NCBI GenBank assembly: GCA_040755995.1
Contig: JBFMAF010000032.1
Span: 225,306 to 289,305 of the forward strand
Length of the DNA stretch: 64,000 nucleotides
Reading direction: 5' to 3'
Origin: Acidobacteriota bacterium
GTDB lineage: Bacteria > Acidobacteriota > CAIWXX01
The position numbers and the translations under genes are program-made. Shown piece after piece: positions 37,137-47,578 of the stretch (within the stretch, counting starts at the first letter, position 1; each line of letters begins with the position of its first letter). The notes beneath the pieces were generated by a model. It was not told where the DNA came from and searched no databases. It saw nothing but the letters and a program-made list of their open reading frames with translations.

Positions 37137-38048
37137 ATGGCGATGAGCAGGTTGAACGGCGTGCTCCTGGTCGACAAGGGTCCCGGTCCGACCTCGCACG
37201 ACGTCGTCGTGTCCTGCCGGAGAATACTCAAAGAGAAACGCATCGGACACCTTGGGACTCTGGACCCCATCGCCGGCGGCCTGCTGCCGCTGGCCGTCGG
37301 CCAGGCCACCCGCCTCACCCGTTTCTTCCTGATGGAACGGAAGAGCTACGAGGGGACCATCCGGCTCGGCTACTCGACCGATACCTTCGACCGTACCGGC
37401 CAGCGGACCTCGGAGGAGGCGGCGTCGCTGCCGTCAAAGGAAGAAGTGCTGCGCGAGGCGCAGGCTTTCCAAGGCGTCATAAGGCACATGACGCCCCCGT
37501 ACAGCGCGCGGAAGGTCGCCGGCAAGAAGCTTTACGAGCGGGCTCGCCAGGGCGAGATGATCACGACAGAGACGAAGCAGATCGAGATCTTCGCGTTCGA
37601 CGTGCGGCGTGTCGAAGGGAACTGCGTCGAGTTCTTCGTCGACTGTTCGACAGGCACGTATGTTCGTTCGCTTGCCCACGAGCTGGGCATCAAGTTGGGG
37701 TGTGGAGGCCATCTGGAGTCGCTGCGCCGGCTGAGCGTCGGCGAGTTCACGATCGAGAAGGCGGCGACACCGGAGCAGCTGCGCCAGGCGCGCGCGGATG
37801 GGCGCGAGGAGGCATTCCTCATCCCGATGCCGGAGCTGCTCCCGGAGTTCGACACCTTTCTGCTTTCCACTGCCGACCTGTGGGAGATCGCGCACGGGAA
37901 GAACCTGCTTCGCAAGGTCGATGCGCCGCCGCGATCCCGCTACGTCAAGCTCGTGGACGCCGCGCGAACGCTCGCGGCCATCGGCGAGATCGTGGACCAG
38001 CACGCCTGCATCGTGACGGTCCACCCAAGGGTCGTGCTCGTCCGCTGA
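37137..38048 (+). CDS. truB: tRNA pseudouridine(55) synthase
   Basis: DK..G.TSHD, GHLGTLDP, PP.YSA.K..G..LYE.AR, GTYVRSL. Confidence 0.95.
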   Translation: MAMSRLNGVLLVDKGPGPTSHDVVVSCRRILKEKRIGHLGTLDPIAGGLLPLAVGQATRLTRFFLMERKSYEGTIRLGYSTDTFDRTGQRTSEEAASLPSKEEVLREAQAFQGVIRHMTPPYSARKVAGKKLYERARQGEMITTETKQIEIFAFDVRRVEGNCVEFFVDCSTGTYVRSLAHELGIKLGCGGHLESLRRLSVGEFTIEKAATPEQLRQARADGREEAFLIPMPELLPEFDTFLLSTADLWEIAHGKNLLRKVDAPPRSRYVKLVDAARTLAAIGEIVDQHACIVTVHPRVVLVR

Positions 38049-38070
38049 TCGGTCCCGCAGGGCGGGCACA

Positions 38071-38215
38071 AGGCGAAAGGGGAAACGGGCCGGGCGAGAG
38101 GCGAAAGGCCAAAGGGTCAAGGGGTAGGCGATCTTGCGGGCATGTCGACCGCGTGCTACCTTCCTCCATGAGATGATTGAGCTGCGCTTCTCCCTTTCCC
38201 CTTTCCCTTTTCGCT
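38071..38215. repeat. Inverted heptamer-repeat arms (GAAAGGG-like / CCCTTTC-like) between truB and uvrB
   Basis: AAGGCGAAAGGGGAAA...GGCGAAAGGCCAAAGGGTCAAGGGG versus CTCCCTTTCCCCTTTCCCTTTTCGC. Confidence 0.7.
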
Positions 38216-38234
38216 CGTACGTCCCGGGGCCGAC

Positions 38235-40256
38235 ATGAGTCGACTGATGGCGGCCCACCGGCCTCTTCCGGGGCAGTTTGTCCTCGAGTCGGCGTTCGCG
38301 CCGTGCGGCGATCAGCCGAGGGCGATCGCGCAGCTTCTCGACGGCATCCGCGCGGGGACTCCGCTGCAGGTCCTCATGGGGGTGACCGGGTCGGGCAAGA
38401 CGTTCACCATGGCCAAGGTCGTCGAAGCAGTGAACCGCCCGACACTGGTCATCGCGCACAACAAGACGCTCGGCGCGCAGCTCTTCCAGGAGTTCCGGAC
38501 GTTCTTCCCGCGGAACGCGGTCGAGTATTTCGTCTCGTACTATGACTACTACCAGCCGGAAGCGTATATCCCGTCGAGCGACACGTACATCGCCAAGGAG
38601 GCGACGATCAACGAGGAGCTCGATCGTATGCGGCTGGCTGCCACACGGTCGTTGTTCGAGCGGCGCGACGTGATCATCGTGGCGTCCGTCTCGTGCATCT
38701 ACGGCCTGGGTTCGCCCGATTCGTTCTACTCGATGATGCTCTTCCTCGATCGCGGGCAGACGATCCGGCGCCGGCAGCTGCTCGAACGCCTGGTGCAGCT
38801 GCAGTACGAGCGATCGGATCTGGAGTTCAGGCGGGGCACCTTCAGGGTGCGCGGCGACACGGTCGAGATTTACCCGACGTACGAGGATCTGCCGATTCGA
38901 GTCGAGCTCGAGGGCGAGCGCATCGAGCAGCTCGCGCTCTTCGACCCGCTCCGCTCGCGCGTCGTGCAGAGCTACGAGACGGTGCCGATCTATCCCCGCA
39001 CGCATTTCGTTACGCCGCCCGACCGCCTCGCGCGGGCAATCGAGACGATTCAGGTGGAGCTGGAGGAGCGGAAGAGGGAGCTCGAGGAGGCGGGGAAGCG
39101 CGTCGAGGCGCAGCGGCTGTCGGAGAGAACGCTGTACGACCTGGAGATGCTCAGGCAGATCGGCTACTGCTACGGAATCGAGAACTACTCGCGCCATCTG
39201 GACGGGCGTGCCCCGGGCACGCCTCCGGCGACGCTCATCGACTATCTCCCGGAGAACGCGCTCCTGATCATCGACGAGAGCCACCAGACCGTGCCCCAGC
39301 TCAGGGGGATGTACGAGGGGGACCAGTCCAGAAAAACTACGCTTGTAGAATACGGCTTCCGCCTCCCGTCGGCCCTCGACAACCGGCCGCTCAATTTCGA
39401 GGAATTCCGGAAACGGATGCCGCAGGCCATCTGCGTCTCGGCTACGCCGGGCCCGTACGAGCTGGAGCGGACCGGAGGGGTGGTGGCTGAGCAGGTCATC
39501 CGCCCCACGGGGCTGGTGGATCCGCCGATCGAGGTCCGGCCTGTGGCCACACAGATCGACGACCTGCTGCGCGAGATCCGGGCCCGAGCCGCCCGGCGCG
39601 AGCGTGTGCTGGTCACGACACTGACGAAGCGCATGGCCGAGCGCCTGACGGATCACTACCTGGCAGAGGGCGTCCGGGCCCGGTATCTCCATTCCGACAT
39701 CGACACTATCGAGCGCGTCCGGATTCTCAGGGACCTGCGGCGAGGCGACTTCGACGTGCTCGTGGGCATCAATCTGCTCCGCGAGGGTCTCGACCTGCCC
39801 GAGGTCTCGCTCGTAGCGATCCTGGACGCGGACAAGGAGGGGTTCCTGCGGTCGAGCGGGTCGCTGATTCAGACAAGCGGCAGGGCGGCGCGCAACGCGA
39901 ACGGGTCGGTCATCATGTACGCCGACACGGTGACCGATTCCATGGGGCTGGCAATCGAGGAGACGAACAGGAGGAGACTGATTCAGGGCGACTACAACCG
40001 CGAGCACGGGATAACGCCCGAGACCATACAGAAGGCGATCCTCGGCGAGCTCGGGCGCGTGTGCGAAGGGGATTATGTGACCGTGCCGCCCGAGCTGGAT
40101 CGAGAGGAGGCGTTCAAGTCGGCGGAGGATCGCCAGAGGAAGATCCAGAAGCTGGAGGCCGCGATGCGAAAGGCGAGCCTGGACCTGCGTTTCGAGGAGG
40201 CCGCGGAGCTGCGCGATAGAATCAAGAGAATCAAGACGGCAGCGCTCATGGATTGA
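38235..40256 (+). CDS. uvrB: Excinuclease ABC subunit B
   Basis: [38 protein letters not shown]-terminal UVR domain. Confidence 0.97.
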   Translation: MSRLMAAHRPLPGQFVLESAFAPCGDQPRAIAQLLDGIRAGTPLQVLMGVTGSGKTFTMAKVVEAVNRPTLVIAHNKTLGAQLFQEFRTFFPRNAVEYFVSYYDYYQPEAYIPSSDTYIAKEATINEELDRMRLAATRSLFERRDVIIVASVSCIYGLGSPDSFYSMMLFLDRGQTIRRRQLLERLVQLQYERSDLEFRRGTFRVRGDTVEIYPTYEDLPIRVELEGERIEQLALFDPLRSRVVQSYETVPIYPRTHFVTPPDRLARAIETIQVELEERKRELEEAGKRVEAQRLSERTLYDLEMLRQIGYCYGIENYSRHLDGRAPGTPPATLIDYLPENALLIIDESHQTVPQLRGMYEGDQSRKTTLVEYGFRLPSALDNRPLNFEEFRKRMPQAICVSATPGPYELERTGGVVAEQVIRPTGLVDPPIEVRPVATQIDDLLREIRARAARRERVLVTTLTKRMAERLTDHYLAEGVRARYLHSDIDTIERVRILRDLRRGDFDVLVGINLLREGLDLPEVSLVAILDADKEGFLRSSGSLIQTSGRAARNANGSVIMYADTVTDSMGLAIEETNRRRLIQGDYNREHGITPETIQKAILGELGRVCEGDYVTVPPELDREEAFKSAEDRQRKIQKLEAAMRKASLDLRFEEAAELRDRIKRIKTAALMD

Positions 40257-40281
40257 GCATGTGCGGAGCGTTGGTGGAGCC

Positions 40282-40427
40282 GAACCGGAGAAACGGTGAA
40301 ACGGAGAAGGGAGACATGGTGACGCCGGGAGGCGGAGAGGAGATCGATGCGGCTCCGATGCATCGCGCCAGAGAGTCGCCGGAAAGTGGCTCGACAATCT
40401 GAAATCTGCAATCTGAGATCTGAAATC
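40282..40427. repeat. 8-mer repeat arm (GAAACGGA-like) and 7-mer arm (AATCTGA-like) between uvrB and uvrC
   Basis: GAACCGGA GAAACGGT GAAACGGA, then AATCTGA AATCTGC AATCTGA GATCTGA AATC at 40396-40427. Confidence 0.75.
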
Positions 40428-40431
40428 GACC

Positions 40432-42090
40432 ATGCTTTCGCCGCGTCTGATCGCCAGGCTCGATAGTCTGCCGGATGCGCCGGGCGTCTATCTCTTCAAG
40501 GGCGCCGCGGGCCGGATTATCTATGTCGGCAAGGCGCTGTCGCTCCGAAATCGCGTGCGGCAGTACTTCCAGAGCCACCGCCCGGACGAGAAGGTGTCGT
40601 TTCTGGTCGAGGAAATCGAGGACCTCGAGCTCGTTGTCGTGGACTCGGAGAAAGAGGCGCTGCTGCTCGAAAGCAGCCTGATCCGGCGGTACCATCCCAG
40701 GTACAACACGAACCTGAAGGATGACAAGCAGTATCCGCTGCTGCGACTGACCGACGAGCCCTTCCCGCGGCTCACGCTCGTCAGGAAGGTCCAGAAAGAC
40801 GGCGCGCGCTATTTCGGCCCGTACATCCCCGCGAGTCTGGCGCGGGTCACGCTCAACACGGCTCAGAAGTTCTTCAAGATCCGGTGGTGCGCGGAGAAGA
40901 TGGGGTCGCGCAAGCGCCCCTGCCTCGACTACTACATCCACCGTTGCCTCGGACCCTGCGCCAACCTGACGTCGCGCGAACAGTACGCGGAGGCCGTAGG
41001 ACACTGCGTGCTGTTGCTCGAGGGGAAGCACCAGGAGCTACTCGGGTCGCTCCGAAGCCGGATGGAGAAGGCGGCGGAGGAGGAGCGATTCGAGGAGGCC
41101 GCGGGGCTGCGCGACATGATCCGCGGAGTCGAGGCCCTCAAAGACAGACAGAAGATCATCCTCCCGCTGCTCGTCGACCAGGACATCTTCGGATGCCATC
41201 GAGAAGGCGGGGAGGCCCTGGTCATGGTCTTCAATCGCCGTCGCGGCGTGGTCGTGGACCGTCGCGAGTTCCTGACCGCGGCGCCCTCAGAGGTCGCAGA
41301 CGACGAGTTGCTCTCGGACCTGATCCTCCAGTACTACGAGCAGGCTCAGGTGCCCCAGCAGGTGCTGGTGCCCACACCGGTGCCGAAGTCGCTGGGCGAG
41401 ATCCTTGCGGAGAAGGCCGGACGAAAGGTGCGTGTGCACTGCCCGTCGAGAGGCGAGGCGGCGAGGCTCGTGAAGCTGCTGGCCCGCAACGCGCGGCAGC
41501 GCTTCGAAACGCGGCGCACGCTCGAGCCGCTCCTGCCGGACTTCCTCGCAGATGTCCAGCGCATTCTCTCCCTCCCGTCCCAGCCGCGGCGGATCGAAGG
41601 ATTCGACATCAGCCACCTCGGCGGCACGGGCACGGTGGCTTCGCTGGTCGTGTTCGAGAACGGCTACCCGCTCAAGCGCGATTATCGCCGGTATCACATA
41701 AGGACGGTCACCGGCGCCGACGATTTCAAGTCGATGAAGGAGGTCGTCTTCAGACGGTACCGGCGGGTGATCGAGGAAGACCTGCCGAGGCCGGACCTGA
41801 TTCTGATAGACGGCGGCAAGGGGCAGCTCGGCGCCGCCCTGGAGGCCCTGCGCGACGTCGGCCTGGCCGGTCCCGCCGTGGTGGCCCTGGCGAAGCGGGA
41901 GGAGGAGATCTACGTGCCGACCGCCACGGAGCCGCTCCACTTGCCGCGCGACAGCGCCCCGCTGAAGCTGATGCAGCGCGTCCGCGACGAGGCGCATCGC
42001 TTCGCCGTAACGTTCCAGCGCAAGACGCGCGAAGCGCCGCTCCGGCGCCGGAGGGGCCGGACCGGCAAGCTCACGGACGAGATGAGCTGA
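40432..42090 (+). CDS. uvrC: Excinuclease ABC subunit C lacking the C-terminal HhH domain
   Basis: GVY...YVGKA, Cys cluster, UVR, IEGFDISH, DGGKGQ, RDEAHRFA. The ORF ends about 26 aa after RDEAHRFA. Confidence 0.93.
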   Translation: MLSPRLIARLDSLPDAPGVYLFKGAAGRIIYVGKALSLRNRVRQYFQSHRPDEKVSFLVEEIEDLELVVVDSEKEALLLESSLIRRYHPRYNTNLKDDKQYPLLRLTDEPFPRLTLVRKVQKDGARYFGPYIPASLARVTLNTAQKFFKIRWCAEKMGSRKRPCLDYYIHRCLGPCANLTSREQYAEAVGHCVLLLEGKHQELLGSLRSRMEKAAEEERFEEAAGLRDMIRGVEALKDRQKIILPLLVDQDIFGCHREGGEALVMVFNRRRGVVVDRREFLTAAPSEVADDELLSDLILQYYEQAQVPQQVLVPTPVPKSLGEILAEKAGRKVRVHCPSRGEAARLVKLLARNARQRFETRRTLEPLLPDFLADVQRILSLPSQPRRIEGFDISHLGGTGTVASLVVFENGYPLKRDYRRYHIRTVTGADDFKSMKEVVFRRYRRVIEEDLPRPDLILIDGGKGQLGAALEALRDVGLAGPAVVALAKREEEIYVPTATEPLHLPRDSAPLKLMQRVRDEAHRFAVTFQRKTREAPLRRRRGRTGKLTDEMS

Positions 42091-42109
42091 CACAGCGCTT
42101 TCATTGGCG

Positions 42110-42218
42110 CCGCGGGGATGAATATCTTGCCGTAGTACTCTTTCAGGAGATCCAACAAGCCGATATGAAACAGGAAGAATAGAGGGGAGGTGTCTACAAC
42201 AACCGTCCTGTCAGGCGT
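42110..42218 (-). pseudogene. Truncated DUF3368 (PIN-like) toxin
   Basis: VVVDTSPLFFL..IG.LDLL..YYG.IFIP then breaks off. The expected overlapping ATG reads ACG. Confidence 0.7.
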
Positions 42219-42462
42219 TCGCTGCATCTCGATCCAGCTCCGAAATGCTCTGTGTGAACGGCGACACGTGGTACCTCCCCACCGACATGAGGAGCTCGAC
42301 GCGCGATAGGCCTGCGAGCTGGGCTGCCCTGCCCGACGACAGCTTCTTCAGTTCAAGGAGCTTGACTGCGGCCATGGTTCTGAGTTCGCGGTCAAACTCC
42401 TCCTCGCTCTCCTTGAGAGAGAGCAAGACTTGATCCGGAACATCCAACTCAATGTGGCTCAT
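42211..42462 (-). CDS. UPF0175 family antitoxin
   Basis: AAVKL.E..KLSSGRAAQLAGLSRVE motif, AGGAGG RBS. Confidence 0.85.
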   Translation of the reverse strand: MSHIELDVPDQVLLSLKESEEEFDRELRTMAAVKLLELKKLSSGRAAQLAGLSRVELLMSVGRYHVSPFTQSISELDRDAANA

Positions 42463-42572
42463 GATAGCCTCCTGTTGTCTGACCGGCATCGGGTCCCGGC
42501 GCGCAGCAGAGCCGAGTGCTGGATCTGGCGACAGGCACCTCAGGCGCGTGTTCCATCGCGTCATAACCAACT

Positions 42573-43988
42573 TCACCGGGCCCCGGAATCCAGGGTGTGT
42601 GCATCCTCTGCGGAATAAGCTGCCGGCTGCGAGTACTTGATCAGGACGATGTCCCCTTCGTCACTGAAGAGATGGCTGTTGATTCTCCCCGCTACGAAAA
42701 CGTTGCCGGTTGGATCGACGGCAACGGATGAGGCGGTGTCAAAATGGAAGGGCATGTCGCTGGCGGTGGCGGGTTGGCGCTTCGCCCATATACGCTTGCC
42801 CGTGACGCCGTCTACCTTCAAGGTGCCCACATCGAATTCGATACTGCCACCGGCATAGATATCCCCTTTCGCATCAGTGGCAATCGCATGCGCCTCTGCG
42901 CAGCCATTTGGATTCGAGTACTCCCTCAACCAACCCCCGATTGGGTTGTTGAGTGGTATCTTACACATCAACATTCTCCCAGAACCCTGCCCCGACCCGC
43001 AGAGCCCATCGAACCCCGCGAGAACGACACGGTCGTTTGCTGACAGGGCGATGGCTTCGTAGCCGAGGGTCCCGCTGCTGAGCTCCTCAAACCAATAGCG
43101 GGCGTCTGTGAGATGAAACCCAACCACTCGCGCCGTGGTTCCCAGGTAGCCGTCCCTCCCCCGGCCGCAGACGACCACGTACTTCGAGCGGCTGACGACC
43201 ATGCCTTTGACGGCGTCCCAATCATTGAACGAGTCCGGACGGTCGAGCTTCCACATCCGCGCTCCGTCCAGGCTGTACTGATTTATCACGAGGCGCCCGC
43301 GATAGGTCGACCCCACTGGATCCTCATATAGCCCTGCGACGAAGACGCTGCCGCCGCGCGGATCAAGGGCGATTGCGTTCCCGAGACCCAGCGAGGAGCG
43401 CACCCACTGCTTGTGCCCATCCGAGTCATACTTCAAGGTAATCTGCGTGCGCATGGATCCGCCGGCCTTTTCATGCAGTGTGCCAGCCACGTAGACGTTT
43501 CCCGAGCGATCGACGGCGAGTACATTGCCGAATGCCAGAGACGATCTGCCGCCATCGAAGCGGGCGACCCAGAGCCGATTGCCGTTCGCGTCGTACTTTG
43601 CCGTCACGATACTTGCGTCGCCGACGGATATCAGGTCGGAGAGCCGCTGCGAGGAACCGGTTACATAGACGTTGCCCTGAGCATCGACCGCCATGTCCGC
43701 GAGGTATGCGTCATAGCCATTGGGGTCGCTGTAGCGTTGGACCCACAGCTGGCTCCCTCCGCTGCCGTATTTCAACACGACGTAGTCGATGTGGCCGCTC
43801 TCACCCTGAGAATAGCCTCCGACATACGCGTCGCCCGAACGATCCAGGGCGACGCGCACGCCGACGTCGAGACCGTCCCCCGGTCCTTGATACGTCTGCA
43901 CCCACTCTCTTTGCACGCCCGCGTGGCTGGCTGCTGCCGTGAACAGAATCATAATCAATACGGGCGTCTTACCAGTATGCGTGCTCAT
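42573..43988 (-). CDS. Secreted SBBP/beta-propeller repeat protein
   Basis: Repeated AVD..GNVYV.G...KYD..G...W units and a signal peptide. Confidence 0.8.
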   Translation of the reverse strand: MSTHTGKTPVLIMILFTAAASHAGVQREWVQTYQGPGDGLDVGVRVALDRSGDAYVGGYSQGESGHIDYVVLKYGSGGSQLWVQRYSDPNGYDAYLADMAVDAQGNVYVTGSSQRLSDLISVGDASIVTAKYDANGNRLWVARFDGGRSSLAFGNVLAVDRSGNVYVAGTLHEKAGGSMRTQITLKYDSDGHKQWVRSSLGLGNAIALDPRGGSVFVAGLYEDPVGSTYRGRLVINQYSLDGARMWKLDRPDSFNDWDAVKGMVVSRSKYVVVCGRGRDGYLGTTARVVGFHLTDARYWFEELSSGTLGYEAIALSANDRVVLAGFDGLCGSGQGSGRMLMCKIPLNNPIGGWLREYSNPNGCAEAHAIATDAKGDIYAGGSIEFDVGTLKVDGVTGKRIWAKRQPATASDMPFHFDTASSVAVDPTGNVFVAGRINSHLFSDEGDIVLIKYSQPAAYSAEDAHTLDSGAR

Positions 43989-44178
43989 GAAATACTCCTT
44001 CCGCGGATTGGTGTTGCAGCAATCTCCGCGCGTCTCAACACGAATCGCATTATATACGCTCAGATCCTTCTGTGGGCCCCGCGATAGCTCCCATTCCCAT
44101 TCGATTCCTCGGGAGGCGGCGCATGATGCTCCTGCACAGCGGGTCCTCAGCGCCCATCAGGCCCGCTCCCGGCCGCAG

Positions 44179-44403
44179 TCAGGGCAGCGCATGTCTACCG
44201 AGTGTCCCGATCGGTCTGTTGGCGCTCTCCTCCACGATTGCGCTGGCCGTATCCAATGGAATCACTGCCACCATCTCATCGCTCTGTTTCGACTTGAGGA
44301 TCGCGACGCTTCCACTCATGCTGAGTGTGAGTGCGTCGGCTTCGATTTTAAGGGAAATTTCACCCTCTTTTCCTCCTCGTTGGTACACTAACCAAAGTGC
44401 CAT
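44179..44403 (-). CDS. Small hypothetical protein
   Basis: Strong AAAGGAGGTG Shine-Dalgarno 7 nt before ATG; 74 aa. Confidence 0.5.
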   Translation of the reverse strand: MALWLVYQRGGKEGEISLKIEADALTLSMSGSVAILKSKQSDEMVAVIPLDTASAIVEESANRPIGTLGRHALP

Positions 44404-44562
44404 TCGTCATCACCTCCTTTCAAGCATCTGAGAGTTCGGCGAAAGGCTATTCACTCCTTGTGTGTTGGAGTGCCAATATGCGCCCCTGCAGGGCGGGTGT
44501 CAACATGCGAATGGAGTCCCCTGGCCTCCAGGGCGAGCTGAGTCCGGGCCCGACTGATCTCG

Positions 44563-45022
44563 CTACTTGGTGACGAAATCGAGGTAGTTCTGAGGGCCCA
44601 CGACAGTGTACTCACTGTCCGGATAGGCGTCGTGCCAGCGCCTGGGCGCTGAAGGGTGCTTCTTCGGAGACCACTTGAATTCGTAACCGAACAGCCTGCC
44701 ATCGCGCTCCTCGACGAGATCGACCTCCTGCCTGGTCTGCGATGATCTTCAGCCCCATGCCAACGTTCGGGACGTGCTGCGCTTCGTCCAGAGCGAAGAG
44801 CTGATACCCTTCGACAAACGGGATGATCTTTCGGAAGTCCTGCGAACTGAGCACATGCTGCGTGGGTAGATCATCGCCGGACGCCAACTTGTATTTCAGG
44901 GTACTGCCGGACAACATCGTCCCCAGCAGCGTGGTCTTGCCCGTTCGCCGCGGGCCATAGATGACCAGCACCTTGTTCGGTTGCAGGTAGCGCTCAAGTG
45001 GTTCGTACGCACGTTTTATCAT
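44563..45022 (-). pseudogene. AAA_14/DUF4143 ATP-binding protein with large internal deletion
   Basis: GPRRTGKT and DEAQ are fused out of frame near 44730 to QEVDLVEERDGRLFGYEFKW...YLDFVTK*. Confidence 0.85.
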
Positions 45023-45248
45023 AAATCTAGTGTACTGCCACTCCACACATTTGTCACAATATTAGGAAGATCGATCCCTGTTTTTCGGGGAAATCAGCGA
45101 GTGCGAGATCCGCGATGCGGGTATCTCCTACACCGGGGCGCCCAGTTGTGAATAAGCTGATTGCTTCGACGGGGATTGCGGGCTAGTATGTTTCCGGGCG
45201 CAGCAAGTCTATCAACCCGAGAGGGGTCACGCTCGCAGGAGGAATGAG

Positions 45249-46643
45249 ATGAGTATGAGGCGAGGGGCAACGGCGGCGTGTCTGGCGCTGGGACTGGCAC
45301 TTGTGTGCGGAACCCCCGCTGCGCTCCACGCGGCGCGTGTCGGTTCGTTTCTGTATTTCTGGTTCGATCCGCAGGTGATTTACAACGATGGCCGGAGCGC
45401 AACCAAGCTGCAGATCGTGACAGACAAGAAGGATGTCCGCGAGGTGTACATCATGGGCCCGAGCAGCACGGGCTGGATCGAGCTCTACGACGACGGCACG
45501 CACGGCGATCGCACCGCGGGTGACGGAACATTCACGGTCAACAACCTGACGTCCGATACGCTTGGGCTGACGAGCTACGCGCTGGACTTCGGTGGAACCC
45601 ACATGGAGTACGGCTTCGACACCAGGATCGTGAAGGGGTCGGGGAAGGTGGAGACCAGCTACGAGGTGGGAATCGGGATCGTGGACAAGGGACAGGTTTT
45701 CACCGCGACCAAGCTGGCGGCGGACATCTGGGCGAGCGAATACGCGATGTTCCTCGTCGATCCCAAGGGCAAGGCGCTCGACTCCAAGATCCCGCTGGGC
45801 TCCGTCAAGTGCGGCAAGACCGCATACTACGCCTTCCAGAAGCTTTACTCAGTCTCCCCCGACTCGTTCGACTTCGTCTTCGTGATGCCGGCAGCGCAGA
45901 TCTTCGACCCCTCCAGAGACTACGCTGAAAACGTCCCGTACGAGGTCCCCGTGAAGAACGCAGTCCAACACATCGGGCAGACGATCTTCGACAACACTGC
46001 GAATTTTGGATCGGAGGGTCGACTCCGCGGAATGGTGTACCACAGCTTTGGATACGGAGCCATACTCGATCATGAGATCGGGCATGGCTGGTCGGCGTGG
46101 GGGTTCGGGCAGAGTCTCGGCATCACGGACGGCGTCCATTGGGAGGAGAATACCGACATCGCCGGGCAGATGAGTTTGTATGTCTTCGCGCCGGGCGGAG
46201 TGACCGGTCACCTCTATTCCAACGGGGACGGCACATGGAGAATCGCTCGTGAGCCGGGTGACGACGACCGCTACTCGATGCTCGACCTCTATCTGATGGG
46301 TCTGGTGCCGCAAGGCAAGGTGCCACCAGTCCACAAGCTCATCAATCCGGACTACTCCGATCCCGACCGAGTCACGGCCGACTCCGTGGAGACTTACACG
46401 ATCAAGCAGCTCATGCAAGCGGCCGGAGGCCCGAGAGTCCCGTCGTCGAAGGATTCGCCGAAGAAGTTCAACGTGGCGCTGATCGCCGTGAAGAACAAGG
46501 CCTTCAAGCCGGCTGAAATCGCGTGGTTCTCGCTAGTGGCGAAGTACTTCAGCTCGGAGGCGAAAGGCGACCTCTCACTCACGACGTTCTACACCGCCAC
46601 CGGCAAGCGCGGGACCCTCGACGCCCGGCTGCCCCTGCCATAG
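45249..46643 (+). CDS. Secreted zinc metallopeptidase-like protein with choice-of-anchor X-like motif
   Basis: Signal peptide, LYDDGTHGD..AGDG.FT, HEIGHGW...HW, YS.LDLYLMGL. Confidence 0.75.
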   Translation: MSMRRGATAACLALGLALVCGTPAALHAARVGSFLYFWFDPQVIYNDGRSATKLQIVTDKKDVREVYIMGPSSTGWIELYDDGTHGDRTAGDGTFTVNNLTSDTLGLTSYALDFGGTHMEYGFDTRIVKGSGKVETSYEVGIGIVDKGQVFTATKLAADIWASEYAMFLVDPKGKALDSKIPLGSVKCGKTAYYAFQKLYSVSPDSFDFVFVMPAAQIFDPSRDYAENVPYEVPVKNAVQHIGQTIFDNTANFGSEGRLRGMVYHSFGYGAILDHEIGHGWSAWGFGQSLGITDGVHWEENTDIAGQMSLYVFAPGGVTGHLYSNGDGTWRIAREPGDDDRYSMLDLYLMGLVPQGKVPPVHKLINPDYSDPDRVTADSVETYTIKQLMQAAGGPRVPSSKDSPKKFNVALIAVKNKAFKPAEIAWFSLVAKYFSSEAKGDLSLTTFYTATGKRGTLDARLPLP

Positions 46644-46714
46644 CTGCCAACACGCCACGCCTCCGGCGTCGGCGGCTCTGATTTGACCGGCGTGCCTGCG
46701 TGCGTGAGGAGCCC

Positions 46715-46743
46715 TTGACAGCACCACAACCGGCCGCTACATT
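46715..46743 (+). promoter_or_regulatory. Sigma70-type promoter
   Basis: TTGACA-17 bp-TACATT. Confidence 0.65.
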
Positions 46744-46842
46744 CAGGTCTTGCTTTCGTTGGAAGCAGGACAGGGCAGACGGCAGCTAGCGAACGCCACA
46801 GAGGGAGCAGGGCCGTGCGGCCGCCGGCCTGGAGGAACGACG

Positions 46843-47190
46843 TTGGGAAAAGGGATTACGAAGACCATAGACATCAGCGCGAAGGCGCGCGAGGAGCTCG
46901 TGCGGCTCGATATCAGCCACCAAGACTTTCTGCGCCTGTGGGTGGTCGCGGGAGGGTGCAAGGGGCTGACATACCAGGCCGCGATTGACGACGTGCTTTC
47001 ACCGGAGGACCAGGTCCTTTACCAGGACAGCGACATCAAGGTCGTAGCGGATCCTCAGACTGCCGCGCAGGTCGGGGGATTGCGCATCGATTACTCCGAT
47101 GACCTCATGGCCGGCGGATTCAGGTTCTCGAATCCGAACGCCACTGCGACGTGCGGGTGCGGCGCCAGCTTCTGCGGCAGCGCGCACTAG
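46843..47190 (+). CDS. HesB/IscA/ErpA Fe-S cluster carrier
   Basis: GGC.G..Y, IDY.DDL..GGF.F.NPNA..TCGCG.SF; TTG start after GGAGG. Confidence 0.92.
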   Translation: MGKGITKTIDISAKAREELVRLDISHQDFLRLWVVAGGCKGLTYQAAIDDVLSPEDQVLYQDSDIKVVADPQTAAQVGGLRIDYSDDLMAGGFRFSNPNATATCGCGASFCGSAH

Positions 47191-47205
47191 CCGGGAGCCT
47201 GTCAG

Positions 47206-47466
47206 GTGAAGTCCGAAACGCTCGCCGTGTCGCCTATCGGCGAGTCTCCTCGACGACACAGTTCCCATCGCGGTCTCGACCTGACCGGCGGCGAGTCAGT
47301 CTTCTGCATCAGCCAGAGACAGATGCGGCAGGCGCTGGATCTCTTCGAAGCGCGCGGGCCGGATGACCCGCTGCGCCTCGCGTTCGACGACCTGACGAGC
47401 CGCTTCACAAGGAACGAGCAAGCGGCGCTGGCCTTCCGGCTGATCGAGCAGCTGAACCGAGGCTGA
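47206..47466 (+). CDS. Small hypothetical protein
   Basis: Follows the iscA-like gene by 15 bp, host-like codon usage. Confidence 0.5.
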   Translation: MKSETLAVSPIGESPRRHSSHRGLDLTGGESVFCISQRQMRQALDLFEARGPDDPLRLAFDDLTSRFTRNEQAALAFRLIEQLNRG

Positions 47467-47535
47467 TCGACGCGATATCGTCCGTTCGATGTTCATCCGG
47501 ACGGCGTTTGCGGGCATCATAGCGTGCGAAACGGC

Positions 47536-47565
47536 ACCCCGGGCCGGAGGCCGGCCCGGGGGTTT
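47536..47565. terminator. Hairpin terminator between convergent genes
   Basis: CCCCGGGCCGG-AGG-CCGGCCCGGGG perfect 11-bp stem followed by GTTT. Confidence 0.7.
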
Positions 47566-47578
47566 GGGGTCGTGCCGG

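Noticed and set aside
37434..40433. 999-aa minus-strand ORF
   Set aside because: Antisense shadow of truB/uvrB in high-GC DNA. Its N-terminus is a translation of the tandem repeats.
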